Source: Macrostomum lignano (lineage: Eukaryota). Taken from it: a DNA stretch of 64,000 bases. The notes beneath the pieces are model-generated. The model was not told the DNA's origin. It worked only from the letters and a program-made list of their open reading frames with translations, and made no database searches. Within the stretch, counting starts at the first letter, position 1; each line of letters opens with the position of its first letter. The stretch lies in assembly GCA_002269645.1 (NCBI GenBank), contig NIVC01001924.1, positions 62,001 to 126,000 of the forward strand, given 5' to 3'. Below, piece by piece: positions 48,950-59,560 of this stretch. Made by a program: the position numbers and the translations under genes.

Positions 48950-50950
48950 CCCCATGCCCCCCCGGTTCCGACACCCCTGTTGGCCCGTCGCAGCATGCAT
49001 GGCCCACCATCCAACAATGCAGGCGCACCAGAACGCGCAGTCACTGGGTTCCTCTGGCCGGGTTTCTCGGCGCAGTCGCTGGAGGTCGATTGGCAGCAGC
49101 GCTTGCTTGCTCTTTGGAGCAGCACCAAGGAGCCGTCGGGCTCCGCGCAGCGTCAGCTGTACCAGCGGTTGCTTGGTAGGGTCGGCCACACCGTTCGCTT
49201 TGTAGAACCAGGACACGGCTGCGAGGTGACAGGTCAGGCTGCTGACGGAAAACAGTCGGTTTCCGGCCAGCTCCGCCAGGTAGTTGCACACGTCGGCAGG
49301 CTGCGCTGACAGTGGCCGAACTCCATGGGCATCGCAGAACCGCAGCCAGGATGCGCACTGGGTGGCGTAGGCGGCGCTGGTTGAGCTTGCGAAGCCACGG
49401 CCGAGCAGTTGGCGGGCGGATGAGCTGAGGCCAGGCACCGAGATCACAGGAGGTGGACCTGAAAAAGGTGAGAAGCAGCGTCAGGACTCAAGCAAGCAGA
49501 TGCAAGCAAGCGGGCAGGCACGTAGCAGGTGCCGTAGAAGCGAAAAAGAAAGTTAGCAAGCTGGCTAGGATCGATAGCTCTAAGCAGCGGGTCCGCGAGG
49601 AGCTGAAAGCGGCCAGGCACGATAATGTCACGTTGGATGCAGGTCAGAGCGACGAGCCTCTGCAGGTCGGCGATGCCGCGGTACTTGGCCGAGCTAGAGT
49701 TGATGATGCCGCAGGCAGCGGTGCTGTGCGTTTAAACCGCAACGGAGTGGCTGCTGAGGGCCACTTGGTGCTTCAGGATAGCGACCAGAGGGGCAGCGGA
49801 CTTCTTGAGGTTGATGTGGAGCTCTTCAAACTCGCTACCGCAGTCGAGCTGCCAGCTAATAAAAAGCCAGGTCGAGTCACTGTCGTCGAAGTGCAGTACC
49901 GCACCGCCGCCTGCGTCACAGGCGTCAGAGTCGATAGCGGCGGCCGGCGGACTTTGGCGGCAGAATGCTCAAAGCGATCGTCCACAACTCCAGCTGAGAC
50001 CTGAGCTCCGCCATAACTCGAAAACGGTAGGACGGATGCGTCAGGCTATTGGCGAGATCGATGAGCAGGCGCAGGAAGGTTCGACCGTGCTGAGCGGTTG
50101 TTGCCAGATGGCTGAGATGCCCTAGCAGTTTCTGCAACTCAGACTTCGACAAGTCTTGCTGCGATGGGCGCGCTCTCTCAGTTTTTTTGGGTGATTCTGC
50201 TCGGAGTGGTTGCCCTCGCAGACTCGACAGGCATGAAGAAAGGTTTGTCCTTAAGCATCCGTTGGTGCTGTTGAAAGACAGACATAGCTCACGGCCCGAG
50301 GATGTTCGCGGCCCAACGATGCGGTTCTTGTTAGACTGGGGGCGCCTGGCTGTCTGATTCTGCTGAGCAGGTGCTTAATAGATATCTGGGAGCAGTCTTT
50401 GCCCCAGCGGAGACTGTTGGCGGCGCGGTGCTGGCGGTACGAGTAGTCGTGGTCGAAACGGACCACCCGGTGCACTGGAAATCGGTCAAAAAGCTCGGCC
50501 ACTCGGATGTTGTACCGGGCGTAGTCCTTGGCTTGTTCCACCGGGGTGTACGGCTGGCCCTTTTTATAGTTACCTGATGCGACGTCTTGTAGAGAATCTG
50601 CAGCAGGATCCTCATGCTGCCTGGTAGCCACTGTCCGACTGTCATGCCGTCTAATTTAGTTGTCAACTTCTTGAGCACCAGTTCGCCTGAGCTGCCCCGG
50701 GGGAGCAGCTCGTCTGCTTGGCCCGACAGGTTTTCGACGAAGTCTTTGGCGAGCAGACACGGCATCCCAGTCGGTCGGGGGCTGGCATTCGCGTCGACGG
50801 TGCCTGTTTGGTTCAGGATTTCAGCGAGAATGTTTTGATGCTCACCTGATTCCGTACCTGAGATGTCGCACTGGCTCGTTCTCCCAATTCCCGCTCCCAT
50901 GTTTGTAGCTCCAGGAGCTGCAGCCGCATCAATGAGATTGATGGACATGG
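48950..50950 (-). mobile_element. Internally deleted tyrosine-recombinase retrotransposon (Ngaro/DIRS-like): gag, RT/RNase H remnant and YR N-terminus
   Basis: Gag-like YARYNIRVAELFDRF..VVRFDHDY..W; RT-end/RNase H LQKLLGHLSHL..GRTFLRLL and HINLK; YR N-terminus STSAAYATQCASWLRFC..TLRGARRL and MLRRAN, cut off by the (TCTCC)n tract. Many frameshifts; no RT catalytic core visible. Confidence 0.8.
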
Positions 50951-51251
50951 ATTCAGCCTAATTATTAAAGCCCTTGATTCGAGACTTGTCTGGCTGTTCA
51001 GAGCATTGTACAGATAATCACTTAATGCTCTGGCCTCCCACTCTTGTCAGATAGTCAGCCCCTGGAAAATGTACGTACGAGCTAGGTAGCATAGGTGTGG
51101 CGAGCAGCTAGTTCCTATATAGCTAAGAGAAGACTGGGAGAATCAAGTTGGGAAAAATTGAAAACGCATTTAGAAATTATCCTCCGCTATTTAACCCGGA
51201 CATTAGTTTAGGCTATTCCGCGCCACCATCAAGCAATGAAGCTGGAAGCGT

Positions 51252-52105
51252 GAAGCGTGAAGCTGGCCATCAGCAAAATTCCCACTGTACGATGGTTGCT
51301 GAGAACGCGGATGCCGTCCGCTTCGACGCGGCCTCGGGCTCCTGCTCGCTGCTGGCGTGCGATCGGGGAGCGATGGACGCCTGCAGGAAGTGCCGGCACG
51401 CCAGCGACTCCAGCCTTCCTCAGCTGTGGGTGAGTGAGCTGGGCTTTGCTTAGTGGATTCTGCACTATGCAGCACCGCATCAATATGCGTGCACGAAATG
51501 TAAAATGCAGTATTCCATCGCCCATTGCAGATGAGAAAGCCGGTGAAGTGCTGGACGACCTTCCAGCACAGAGTCGACGGCTCCGTCAGCTTCAACCGGA
51601 ACTGGGCGGACTACGCGAGCGGATTCGGTCAGGGCGAGAGTCTCAACTACTGGATGGGACTGGAGCAGCTCCACCAGCTCACCGCCACCGGAGTGTGGAG
51701 AGTCCGCTGGGAGTTCAGCGACTGGAACGGCACCTGGTACTGGGCTGAGAATGCTCCGTTCTCTGTTGGCCTAGCGAGCGAAAAGTACAGGTGCTCGATG
51801 GGACCTCTGGACGCGAACAGGTCGAGTGTCGGACAGATTACTTTTGCGAAGCACCCGCCGAACAACTGGCAGTTCAGCACTCCGGACTCCGACAATGATG
51901 ACTTTAGCGGGGGCAGCTGCGCACAGGGCAGGCTGTCTGGCTGGTGGTACGGCAAGTGTGCATTCATGAACCCGAAGGTGTCTACAAAGAGTATCCCAAT
52001 ATCAACACACGGGGAATCTTTTACTATCTTCATGCATCTGGATCTGGTAGCGCACTTGTTATACCGTATTCGATGAAGACATTTGAGTGCCTGATTTTCA
52101 GCTGA
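51252..52105 (+). pseudogene. PAN/apple-like + fibrinogen-related domain gene, copy 2, 5'-truncated
   Basis: Homology to copy 1 starts at VKLAIS. GT-AG intron at about 51430-51530, then MRKPVKCWTTFQHRVDG..QFSTPDSDND..GWWYGKC. A 1-bp deletion after AFMNP; the restored frame ends GVYKEYPN..LIFS* at 52105. Signal peptide is missing. Confidence 0.8.
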
Positions 52106-52618
52106 GCTGTTTTACCCCGAAAACGAGGACTGTGATGAGCGAGAGTAGGACACTCACTATTGGACGTAGTTCCCATGCAGTTGAATTAAAGAGAATCAAA
52201 GAGAAGCAAAGTACTCTGCGGAAAAACAACGGACGCTGTCCGATGGATTAAGTAATTGTTGCACTTAACTTAATCTAAGCACCGTAATTTATACTAGACT
52301 GTTTATCCTTGTGTTGCTAATCATAGCTATTTTCATTTTGTTTATTTATCAGATCTAGGCTAGTAGGGATTAATAGCAGGAATTCCGCAACTGTGGCTCA
52401 GGGTCACAAGCTTTAAAGGGCTTGTATAGCTTAACCCTCCATGTAGCTGTGTACCGCACAAACAATTTGCTAGCAGGCCTGCGCTAAACTCGAGACCCGA
52501 ACTCAAAACATTACAATCGTCTACTCGATAAACATTACTCGATGAAAATGTCTTCGGAGTGTCTGAGGTCAGCTGCTGCATTCATTGATTTATCGCGTCA
52601 CCATCCCAAATAATTTCC

Positions 52619-54178
52619 ATGAAGCCTAATTTTGTCCAGTCCCCTTTGAGGGTAGCCCACCAACCTTTTATCATGGCCTTCGAGCCGACTATGGATAAAC
52701 AAGCTATTTCTAGGGACGGGGACCCTTCTAAACCCCAACCTCAGTCCGAAGGACCGGCCGGCCCTGCTGGCAGATCCCAACCGACTGATTCAACTGTGGC
52801 AAAGGAAGGACCGGCTGGCTCTGCTGGCAGATCCGACCAGAGCCACCAAACTCAAAATACCCTAAGACCTGCCAGCTCCGCTGGTGGATCTAAGGGAACC
52901 GCGAGCTCTGAGCCTAAAGGACCGGCCAAATCTGGCAGATCCGATGAAGCTCAGCGGGCTCGGCTTGAGCGCAAACGCGCTAAACAACGCGCCAAAAGGC
53001 AGGCCAAGAAGGGAGCTGCGGGGGCCAAAGCGGCGGCGTCCACCATGGATGCTGAAGCGACTGGAGTCCCAAGGCAACCAGGCGGGCCGGCCGGTGGAAG
53101 CTCCAGTAGTTCAGCGGCGGCGCTCCCTGGAGCTGCTGCCGCGGCTGCTGAGGCCGAAACCACGGCGCAACAAATGGCCACTGCCAACAAGGAGGTTCCT
53201 TCGGGAGCTACCTTTGCGGCGAAGGCCAAGGCCAAAATCCCGGGAGTGATCATCCAAGGTCGCGACCAGGACTGGACCACTGATCAGCTTCAAAAAGTGT
53301 GGAGTGCTGTTGACTCCTATCTGATTGAGCTGACTGTCGAGGAGGGAATCTCCATCGGCGTTGAGCGGATGGTGCTGCGAAGCACATTCGTTCTTATTGC
53401 TCCTAGCAGCGAGGAGGACGCTCGGCGGCTGCTCCAGCGGCTACCGACGGTCTCCTTGGATGCTGACCTTGGTGGAGCTCTTTTTCTTCGCGAGGGCCAG
53501 CGTCCAAAGACGATACCCTATGTGGTTTTCGTCCCTGCTAAGAGCACCGCAGCTGGACCAGACGTTATTCGCCGGGTCCTACTGCGTCTGAACCCCGACC
53601 TCCCTGCTAGTGGACTGGTGTATCACCGCAAAGTCCGCAGGGGGGAGACGGGCAACTCAATTGTCCTCGGCCTTTCCAGCACTTGGGCGAGTCGGTACCC
53701 TAATGGATCCTCTTTCCAGCTGGGTGCCCTCAAGCTCAAGTTGCGCCGAGGAAAGTCTGCCAAAGGGAAGGCTACTGCCAACCCCGGCATCTCCGGCAAG
53801 AGCGGGACGCAGTCTAAGGCCCAAGGAAAGGCGCAAGCCGATCCCAAAGCCAAAGCTGCATCTCGCCCCTCTGCTAGCAGCAGTTCGGCGACCGCGGTAA
53901 CGGCTCCGGCCGAGCCCCGGGAACCAAACCTGCCAGTCGGAGAAGGAGTTGAGGACGAGGCCGGGTCTTCGGAATCCGAGCTCTCCTCGACCACCTTGGT
54001 GGGGTCTGAAGGTAAAGATGCAGGTGAGGAAGCTTCCTCCATCCTGTCATCGGAGCCTGAGGACTCTGCTGGGGGGGCCGGTGGGGGTGAGGAGGCCATG
54101 GACGTCGACCAACTCCCATCTCCCAGTCAAGCCCCAGCGGCCTGGGACGAGGACGATCTGTTGTCCAAGTCTCCTTGA
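52619..54178 (+). CDS. LINE ORF1 (519 aa)
   Basis: Low-complexity termini around an ordered core (VFVPAK..VLLRLNPDLP) reminiscent of LOA-clade ORF1. No CCHC knuckle. Confidence 0.8.
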   Translation: MKPNFVQSPLRVAHQPFIMAFEPTMDKQAISRDGDPSKPQPQSEGPAGPAGRSQPTDSTVAKEGPAGSAGRSDQSHQTQNTLRPASSAGGSKGTASSEPKGPAKSGRSDEAQRARLERKRAKQRAKRQAKKGAAGAKAAASTMDAEATGVPRQPGGPAGGSSSSSAAALPGAAAAAAEAETTAQQMATANKEVPSGATFAAKAKAKIPGVIIQGRDQDWTTDQLQKVWSAVDSYLIELTVEEGISIGVERMVLRSTFVLIAPSSEEDARRLLQRLPTVSLDADLGGALFLREGQRPKTIPYVVFVPAKSTAAGPDVIRRVLLRLNPDLPASGLVYHRKVRRGETGNSIVLGLSSTWASRYPNGSSFQLGALKLKLRRGKSAKGKATANPGISGKSGTQSKAQGKAQADPKAKAASRPSASSSSATAVTAPAEPREPNLPVGEGVEDEAGSSESELSSTTLVGSEGKDAGEEASSILSSEPEDSAGGAGGGEEAMDVDQLPSPSQAPAAWDEDDLLSKSP

Positions 54179-54217
54179 TGGCCCTGGGCTCTAGCCAGAT
54201 ATTGCATTTAATACAGT

Positions 54218-57200
54218 ATGACTAAGCTCCACGCTGCCAAAGGAGCGACATTCTGTCTGCAAATAAATTTACAGCATTGCGTATCTGCGTCAGTAAATCT
54301 GATGAAGATTGCTGAGCTGTACAGGCCAGGCCTCATCCTGATCCAGGAACCCTGGATGCGCAACGGTAAGTTGCCCAACATTCCCTCTGGCTACTCTGAT
54401 TTTTATGTGTGTGGCCCGGGGAACAGCCGCCCTAGAGCGGCTATCCTCGCTGCTAGCCATCTCCAGGCTTGGCTGAGGACTGATCTCTCTGATGGAGACC
54501 TTTGCGTCATCCAATCTAATCATTTCTCTCCGCGTACGTGTCTTGTTGCCTCGGTTTATATCCCAGGCGACAGAGACCCTGCTCCCGAGAGTTTACTGCG
54601 CCTTGCGCAGTACTGCGAGTCCCAGAACGCTGAGCTGTGCTTAGGGGGCGACCTCAACGCGCACCACAAGCACTGGGGCAGCAAAGATACCAACACTAGA
54701 GGAGAGGAGCTTCTGGCCCTCATCTCTAACACAAACCTCATGCTCTGCAACCGCGGCAGCACTCCTACCTTTAATAATGGCAGATGGACCGAGGTCCTCG
54801 ACGCCACACTCGTTACCCCAAGACTCTTTGACAGAGTCAAGGAGTGGAGAGTCTGGTCTGAGGAGCCCTCCCTGTCTGACCACTGCTTTATCGCCTTTAA
54901 TATCGCGGACACTAAAACCCAGTCTCCGATCACTTGGAGACGCAATATCCGCAACACTGATTGGGCGGCCTACAAGGCTGCCCTTGATATGCACCTGCAG
55001 GAACTCACGGACTTACGTCCGATTGAGACCTGCGAGGATGTGGATCATATGGCTGAGACGCTGACAGGTTGCATTATTGCAGCCTACGAAGCGGCTTGTC
55101 CTGCTCGCGCCTACAGAGGCAAGACCTCGGCGCCGTGGTGGAACCCGGAGCTGGGGAAACTCAGGCGGAAGGCCAAAAGCCTTCATCGCCGTGCCATGAA
55201 GACCGGAAACCCGGAGGACATGGAGCTTTTCCGGCAAGCCTCCCGCAATTTCAAATCTGAAGTGCGCAAGGCCAAGGAATGTAAGTGGCGCCAATTCTGC
55301 AATGAATTGGATCAAGACAGACCTACTTCTAGGCTTGTCAAGGCCCTTACAATGGACAAAATGTCCAAATTAGCCATGATCAAAAAAGATGATGGCTCTC
55401 TTACTAAAGACCCTGAAGAAGTGCTTCAGCATATGCTTAGCACATTCTTCCCGAGGGTACCTACTGCTAGACCGGAGCCCAACCATTCGATGGATGGAGC
55501 CACCCTAGCGGCGGGCATTGTCACTGAAGACCTAATCGCTCGTGCGGTCAGAACCTTCAAACCCTTCAAATCTCCTGGACCTGATGGTATCTACCCTGTT
55601 CTCCTTCGTGAAGCAGCCAAGATACCCTCGTTCCTGAGACTCACCCGCAATCTTATGCGGGCCTCTATCCAGCTGGGATACGTTCCCAAAAGCTGGACTG
55701 AAGCTCGAGTAGTCTTTATTCCCAAACCTGGGAAGGGTGACTACCAAAGCGTCAAGGCCTTCCGGCCAATTAGCTTAACGTCAGCAATGCTTAAGCTCAC
55801 TGAGAGGCTTATTCTCTGGCGGCTGCTCTCCTGCGAGCTGACAGCGATGCCCCTCAGCAATAATCAGCACGCCTTCCGTACCGGGAGGTCGACTGACAGC
55901 GCCCTGCATGCGATTGTCGAAAAGATTGAACGGGCGGTACTGGGTGACGGTTACGCCCTGGCTCTCTTTCTTGACATTGTTGGCGCCTTCGACAACGTTA
56001 TCTTTGAAGCGTTTCAGAGGGCCCTTCAAAATCGCAAAGCTCATGCTACCCTCATACGGTGGATCATGTACATGATCTCCAACCGTACGGTCACTGCCCA
56101 ACTTCTTGGGCAAACTGCCTCCACCAGAGTCTGTAAGGGTGGACCCCAAGGCGGAGTCCTCACCCCGACGCTCTGGAACCTGGTCATGGACGCTCTTCTG
56201 AGTGACTCCCGACCTGACCCCGTCTTCAAAGTCGGGTATGCTGATGACGTCACGGCCATTGTGGCAGGACCGTCTCCCAGCACGCTCAGGGATCTGATGC
56301 AGAGCTTTATCCGCAAAGCAGAATCCTGGGCCAATGACAATGGTTTGGAACTCTCTGAGCCCAAAACCGTTGCCATTATGTTTACCAGCAGACTACGCTG
56401 GAACATACGTCCTCTGCAGCTCTACGGCAGAGATATTGCCTTCGCGCACCAGACCAGATGTCTCGGGGTCACACTTGACCACCGGCTCAACTGGTCCTTC
56501 CACGTGAAAGCAAAAGCTAAGCGTGCCTCAGCCATCCTGGCCCAGCTCCGACGAGCACTTGGCACTTCTTGGGGTCTATCCCCAAAGCGGCTTTGGTGGA
56601 TCTATACTTCCGTAGTTAGACCTGCCATTACGTACGCCTCTGTTGTCTGGGTTAGCGCTACCCAGGTCAAAAGCCATGCAGACCTGCTCAACACGATCCA
56701 AGGCAGAGCGTGTAGGCTCATCTGCAACGCCACCAGGTCCACGCCCTTTGCTGGCATGGGGGCCTTTCTTAATCTTCCGCCTCTTGACCTCTTCATCAGG
56801 GGTGAGGCGGCTAGAACGACGCGGCGTCTAATTGATGCCGGCGTCAAATTCATTTACATGAGAGCACCTGCTAAGCGGAACCTTGTCCCGCATAGCGATC
56901 TGTGCCTCAACTTTCTCAACGAGTGTCAGGCCAATCGCGTCTTCACCGATGGCATTGCCTCAACGCTCAACCTGAGACAGCGCTACTCCGTAGCTATCGA
57001 CTCGCGCGATAACATCAATGACCATTGGAACCCTGGTGAGCTTCATTGCTACACCGACGGTTCTAAGCAGTCAGCCAACACCGGCTTTGGTGTTGGAATC
57101 TTTCTGAACGGGAGGGTCATCGCTACCCACGCTCAATACACTGGGGTCAACTCCAGTGTTTTCCAAAATGAAGTTCTGGCCATCAGCTCCTGCACTGCAG

Positions 57201-57958
57201 AGCTTCTCGCCACTGGCGTTACTGGTAAGAACATCATTTTCCATTCGGACAGCCAAGCTGCCTTGCACGCCATCAGTGGCTGCAGCACCAACTCTGCTAC
57301 AGTCCTCGACTGTATCAAACTCCTCAATGTGTTGGGTTCCGCCAACAAAATTACCCTTAAGTGGGTTCCGGGGCATGTGGGGATCCGAGGAAATGAGTTG
57401 GCTGACACCCTTGCAAAAGTTGGTGCCTCCGGCTCCTCTCTCGGCCCCGAACCTCTTGTCCCGATTCCTGGCTGTGTCATCGACTCGCGCATCAAAGCGT
57501 GGATCAGGACTCAGCACCGCTCGACTTGGGCGAACCGCACGAACTGCAGGCAATCCAGAGGCGCTGTCCCTCAGCCCTCTCACCAGCTCCGGAAGCTCCT
57601 CTTGCGCCTCTCGCGCAGAGACATCCGGGCTGCCACCATGACCCTCTCTGGTCACGGCTGCTTCTCCAGGCACCAGTACCTGCAGGGCAACGCCACCAAC
57701 GCCACCTGTAGTTTCTGCAACTCAGGTGACGAAACCGCTGAGCATTTCGTCAGCATCTGTCCCGCCTTCACGCGGGCCAGACTCACTTACCTCGGGCCAC
57801 ACACATCTATTACTGAAGCGTGCAAACCCGAAAACTTTAATCAGCTCATGCGCTACCTTCGGGCCACCCGCAGGGCTGAACTCTCCTTTCCAGAGAGCAC
57901 CATAGCTGCTGGCGACACTGGGGGACCTCCCTGGGCGGCGCCAACCCTCCGTCCATAG
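54218..57958 (+). CDS. LINE ORF2 (1246 aa): AP endonuclease, reverse transcriptase, RNase H and C-terminal zinc motif
   Basis: QINLQH/IQEPW/GDLNAHH/SDHC (APE); KSPGPDGI, FRPISL, GPQGGVL, YADD (RT); YTDGS, FQNE, SDSQAAL, WVPGH, GNELAD (RNase H); CSFC..ETAEHFVSIC. Confidence 0.96.
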   Translation: MTKLHAAKGATFCLQINLQHCVSASVNLMKIAELYRPGLILIQEPWMRNGKLPNIPSGYSDFYVCGPGNSRPRAAILAASHLQAWLRTDLSDGDLCVIQSNHFSPRTCLVASVYIPGDRDPAPESLLRLAQYCESQNAELCLGGDLNAHHKHWGSKDTNTRGEELLALISNTNLMLCNRGSTPTFNNGRWTEVLDATLVTPRLFDRVKEWRVWSEEPSLSDHCFIAFNIADTKTQSPITWRRNIRNTDWAAYKAALDMHLQELTDLRPIETCEDVDHMAETLTGCIIAAYEAACPARAYRGKTSAPWWNPELGKLRRKAKSLHRRAMKTGNPEDMELFRQASRNFKSEVRKAKECKWRQFCNELDQDRPTSRLVKALTMDKMSKLAMIKKDDGSLTKDPEEVLQHMLSTFFPRVPTARPEPNHSMDGATLAAGIVTEDLIARAVRTFKPFKSPGPDGIYPVLLREAAKIPSFLRLTRNLMRASIQLGYVPKSWTEARVVFIPKPGKGDYQSVKAFRPISLTSAMLKLTERLILWRLLSCELTAMPLSNNQHAFRTGRSTDSALHAIVEKIERAVLGDGYALALFLDIVGAFDNVIFEAFQRALQNRKAHATLIRWIMYMISNRTVTAQLLGQTASTRVCKGGPQGGVLTPTLWNLVMDALLSDSRPDPVFKVGYADDVTAIVAGPSPSTLRDLMQSFIRKAESWANDNGLELSEPKTVAIMFTSRLRWNIRPLQLYGRDIAFAHQTRCLGVTLDHRLNWSFHVKAKAKRASAILAQLRRALGTSWGLSPKRLWWIYTSVVRPAITYASVVWVSATQVKSHADLLNTIQGRACRLICNATRSTPFAGMGAFLNLPPLDLFIRGEAARTTRRLIDAGVKFIYMRAPAKRNLVPHSDLCLNFLNECQANRVFTDGIASTLNLRQRYSVAIDSRDNINDHWNPGELHCYTDGSKQSANTGFGVGIFLNGRVIATHAQYTGVNSSVFQNEVLAISSCTAELLATGVTGKNIIFHSDSQAALHAISGCSTNSATVLDCIKLLNVLGSANKITLKWVPGHVGIRGNELADTLAKVGASGSSLGPEPLVPIPGCVIDSRIKAWIRTQHRSTWANRTNCRQSRGAVPQPSHQLRKLLLRLSRRDIRAATMTLSGHGCFSRHQYLQGNATNATCSFCNSGDETAEHFVSICPAFTRARLTYLGPHTSITEACKPENFNQLMRYLRATRRAELSFPESTIAAGDTGGPPWAAPTLRP

Positions 57959-58779
57959 CGACGCGTCGGCCGTTCAGGGACTAGCGGAATGGGCGCCCGC
58001 GCCTTCCCGCTGTGTCCCCTCCGGGACAGCCCTGCAGCTAAGTCAAGTAAGTCAAGTCCAGTCACACATTTTTACTGCAGGCTCTGCCAGCTTTATAGGT
58101 TTGTAGCATGCCTGTGTGAAATGGCCGTTTCCTCTATGTTAGTAGCTAGGGGGTTTTCCCTTTTAATTTTGAAGTGTTTTTTAGTTTTCCCTGCTCCTTC
58201 TGCTTCTTGACCTCATTTTGCAGTTTCTCTTCATGCTTATTGCTGCAGGTCTTGGCTGTGACATTCTTATATTCTAAACCTGATATAGAGCTGACACTCA
58301 ATGATGAAGAAAGCATCCAATTTTTCGGTGACAGATCGAGGTGAAAAAAGTATTGTCAGGAGCCAGACAGTCATAGCTTGTTGCAAGTTGCAAGTTGCAA
58401 GTCTCTTGGCTTTTTGGTTGTTTAATGACCCTTATACAGTTAGCTGTAAGTTACTGTAATTGTCGCTATACACTATATATTTTTTTCTCCTGTAATTTCT
58501 AACAATTATACACAAGGATTTTCTTATGCTCAAATTTTAGGCGTGTCTTATGCATGCTGAGAAATGGCTAACTAACTAAACTAACCAACAATTGGTTAGC
58601 ATTGGTTAGTAACATTGGTTAGCAACAATCCTGAGTACCGCCTGTTGACTCTCTAAATTGCTGTTGAAGTTAAGCACATCTCTGAGACGCTGCTATTGCC
58701 GATTATGCAAACCAGCAGAGCACTGAGACGCCTTGGCTTGAGGATCCTTTGAGAATGGCGTATTCAGCAATACACATTG

Positions 58780-59560
58780 CTCTGCATGTATTTCCATATG
58801 CCACATCTCTCACTGCATCTCTCCGGTTGCTTTCAAAGTGTAGAAACTCGAGCAACTCAACCAAAAAGTACTCAATCTGGTAAAATTATTGCGCGACTTA
58901 AATTAGTCAACTCTGCACCAGATCTGACAAAGCATGCCGCTAACACTCTCCTCCTGCGAGATGCCAAGCGAGAGCTGGGACTTCAGGTGTCAAGGAAACG
59001 ACCGGTTTCGCCGCTCATGTTGCGGGAGATTCATCAGCGAGTCAGTCGTTCTGAAAGTTTTCAGCTTGCATGCTGGGAAGTCACATCTGCTGTTGGTGGG
59101 GCATGCTTCGAAAATCTAGCGTTGCTGCCAACTTCGGGAAAAGGTTCGGCACGTGTGCGCTGCGCTGACATCCTTCGACATCCGCGAGGTCTGATCTTCC
59201 GCCTGAAGCAAGGAAAGACTCTCCAGTAGTTCAAAGAACGAGTACACCAGGCGCTTCGATCTACCGAGGCTAGCGAGGCGGACGTCGCTGTGCCCGGTGT
59301 TGACAATCGAGCAGCACGCAAGATTCAATAATCTGCAATCGGCGGATGCACCCCTTTTCACTTATCGCGACGCCGGAGGCAACCAGCGGCTGCTGACGGG
59401 CAGGCAACTCGATAGGGCCTCGGTGTTGTGGGTGTGCCGGTGCCTGACATCATGAGGATCGGGGACTGGAAGAGTGACGCAGTGCAGCGGTGTCTCCCGC
59501 AGTCGCAGCAGGGCTTGGCGGCTTCCTTCGCGTTTGCTAGTGCAGTGTAGGAACTCTCAT
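58780..59560 (+). mobile_element. Degraded tyrosine recombinase remnant of another DIRS/Ngaro-type element
   Basis: RDAKRELG..RKRPVSPLML, FRLKQGKT and GVPVPDIMRIGDWKSDAVQR, with stops and deletions. Confidence 0.72.

Larger units (their letters stand above)
52619..58063 (+). mobile_element. Apparently intact non-LTR retrotransposon, LOA/R1-like, with RNase H
   Basis: Two long ORFs separated by 39 nt, a GC-rich structured 3' UTR and an (AAGTC)-type repeat tail at 58039-58063. The exact 5' end and TSD were not identified. Confidence 0.9.

Noticed and set aside
48154-49179. 341-aa LLSSP-repeat ORF and RRGEE-repeat ORFs
   Set aside because: Translations of the (TCTCC)n tract.
52340-52620. HDV-like ribozyme in the LINE 5' UTR
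   Set aside because: The candidate P1 (GGGTCAC/GTGTACC) has two mismatches and no proper P3/L3 spacing; hammerhead cores were also not found by eye.
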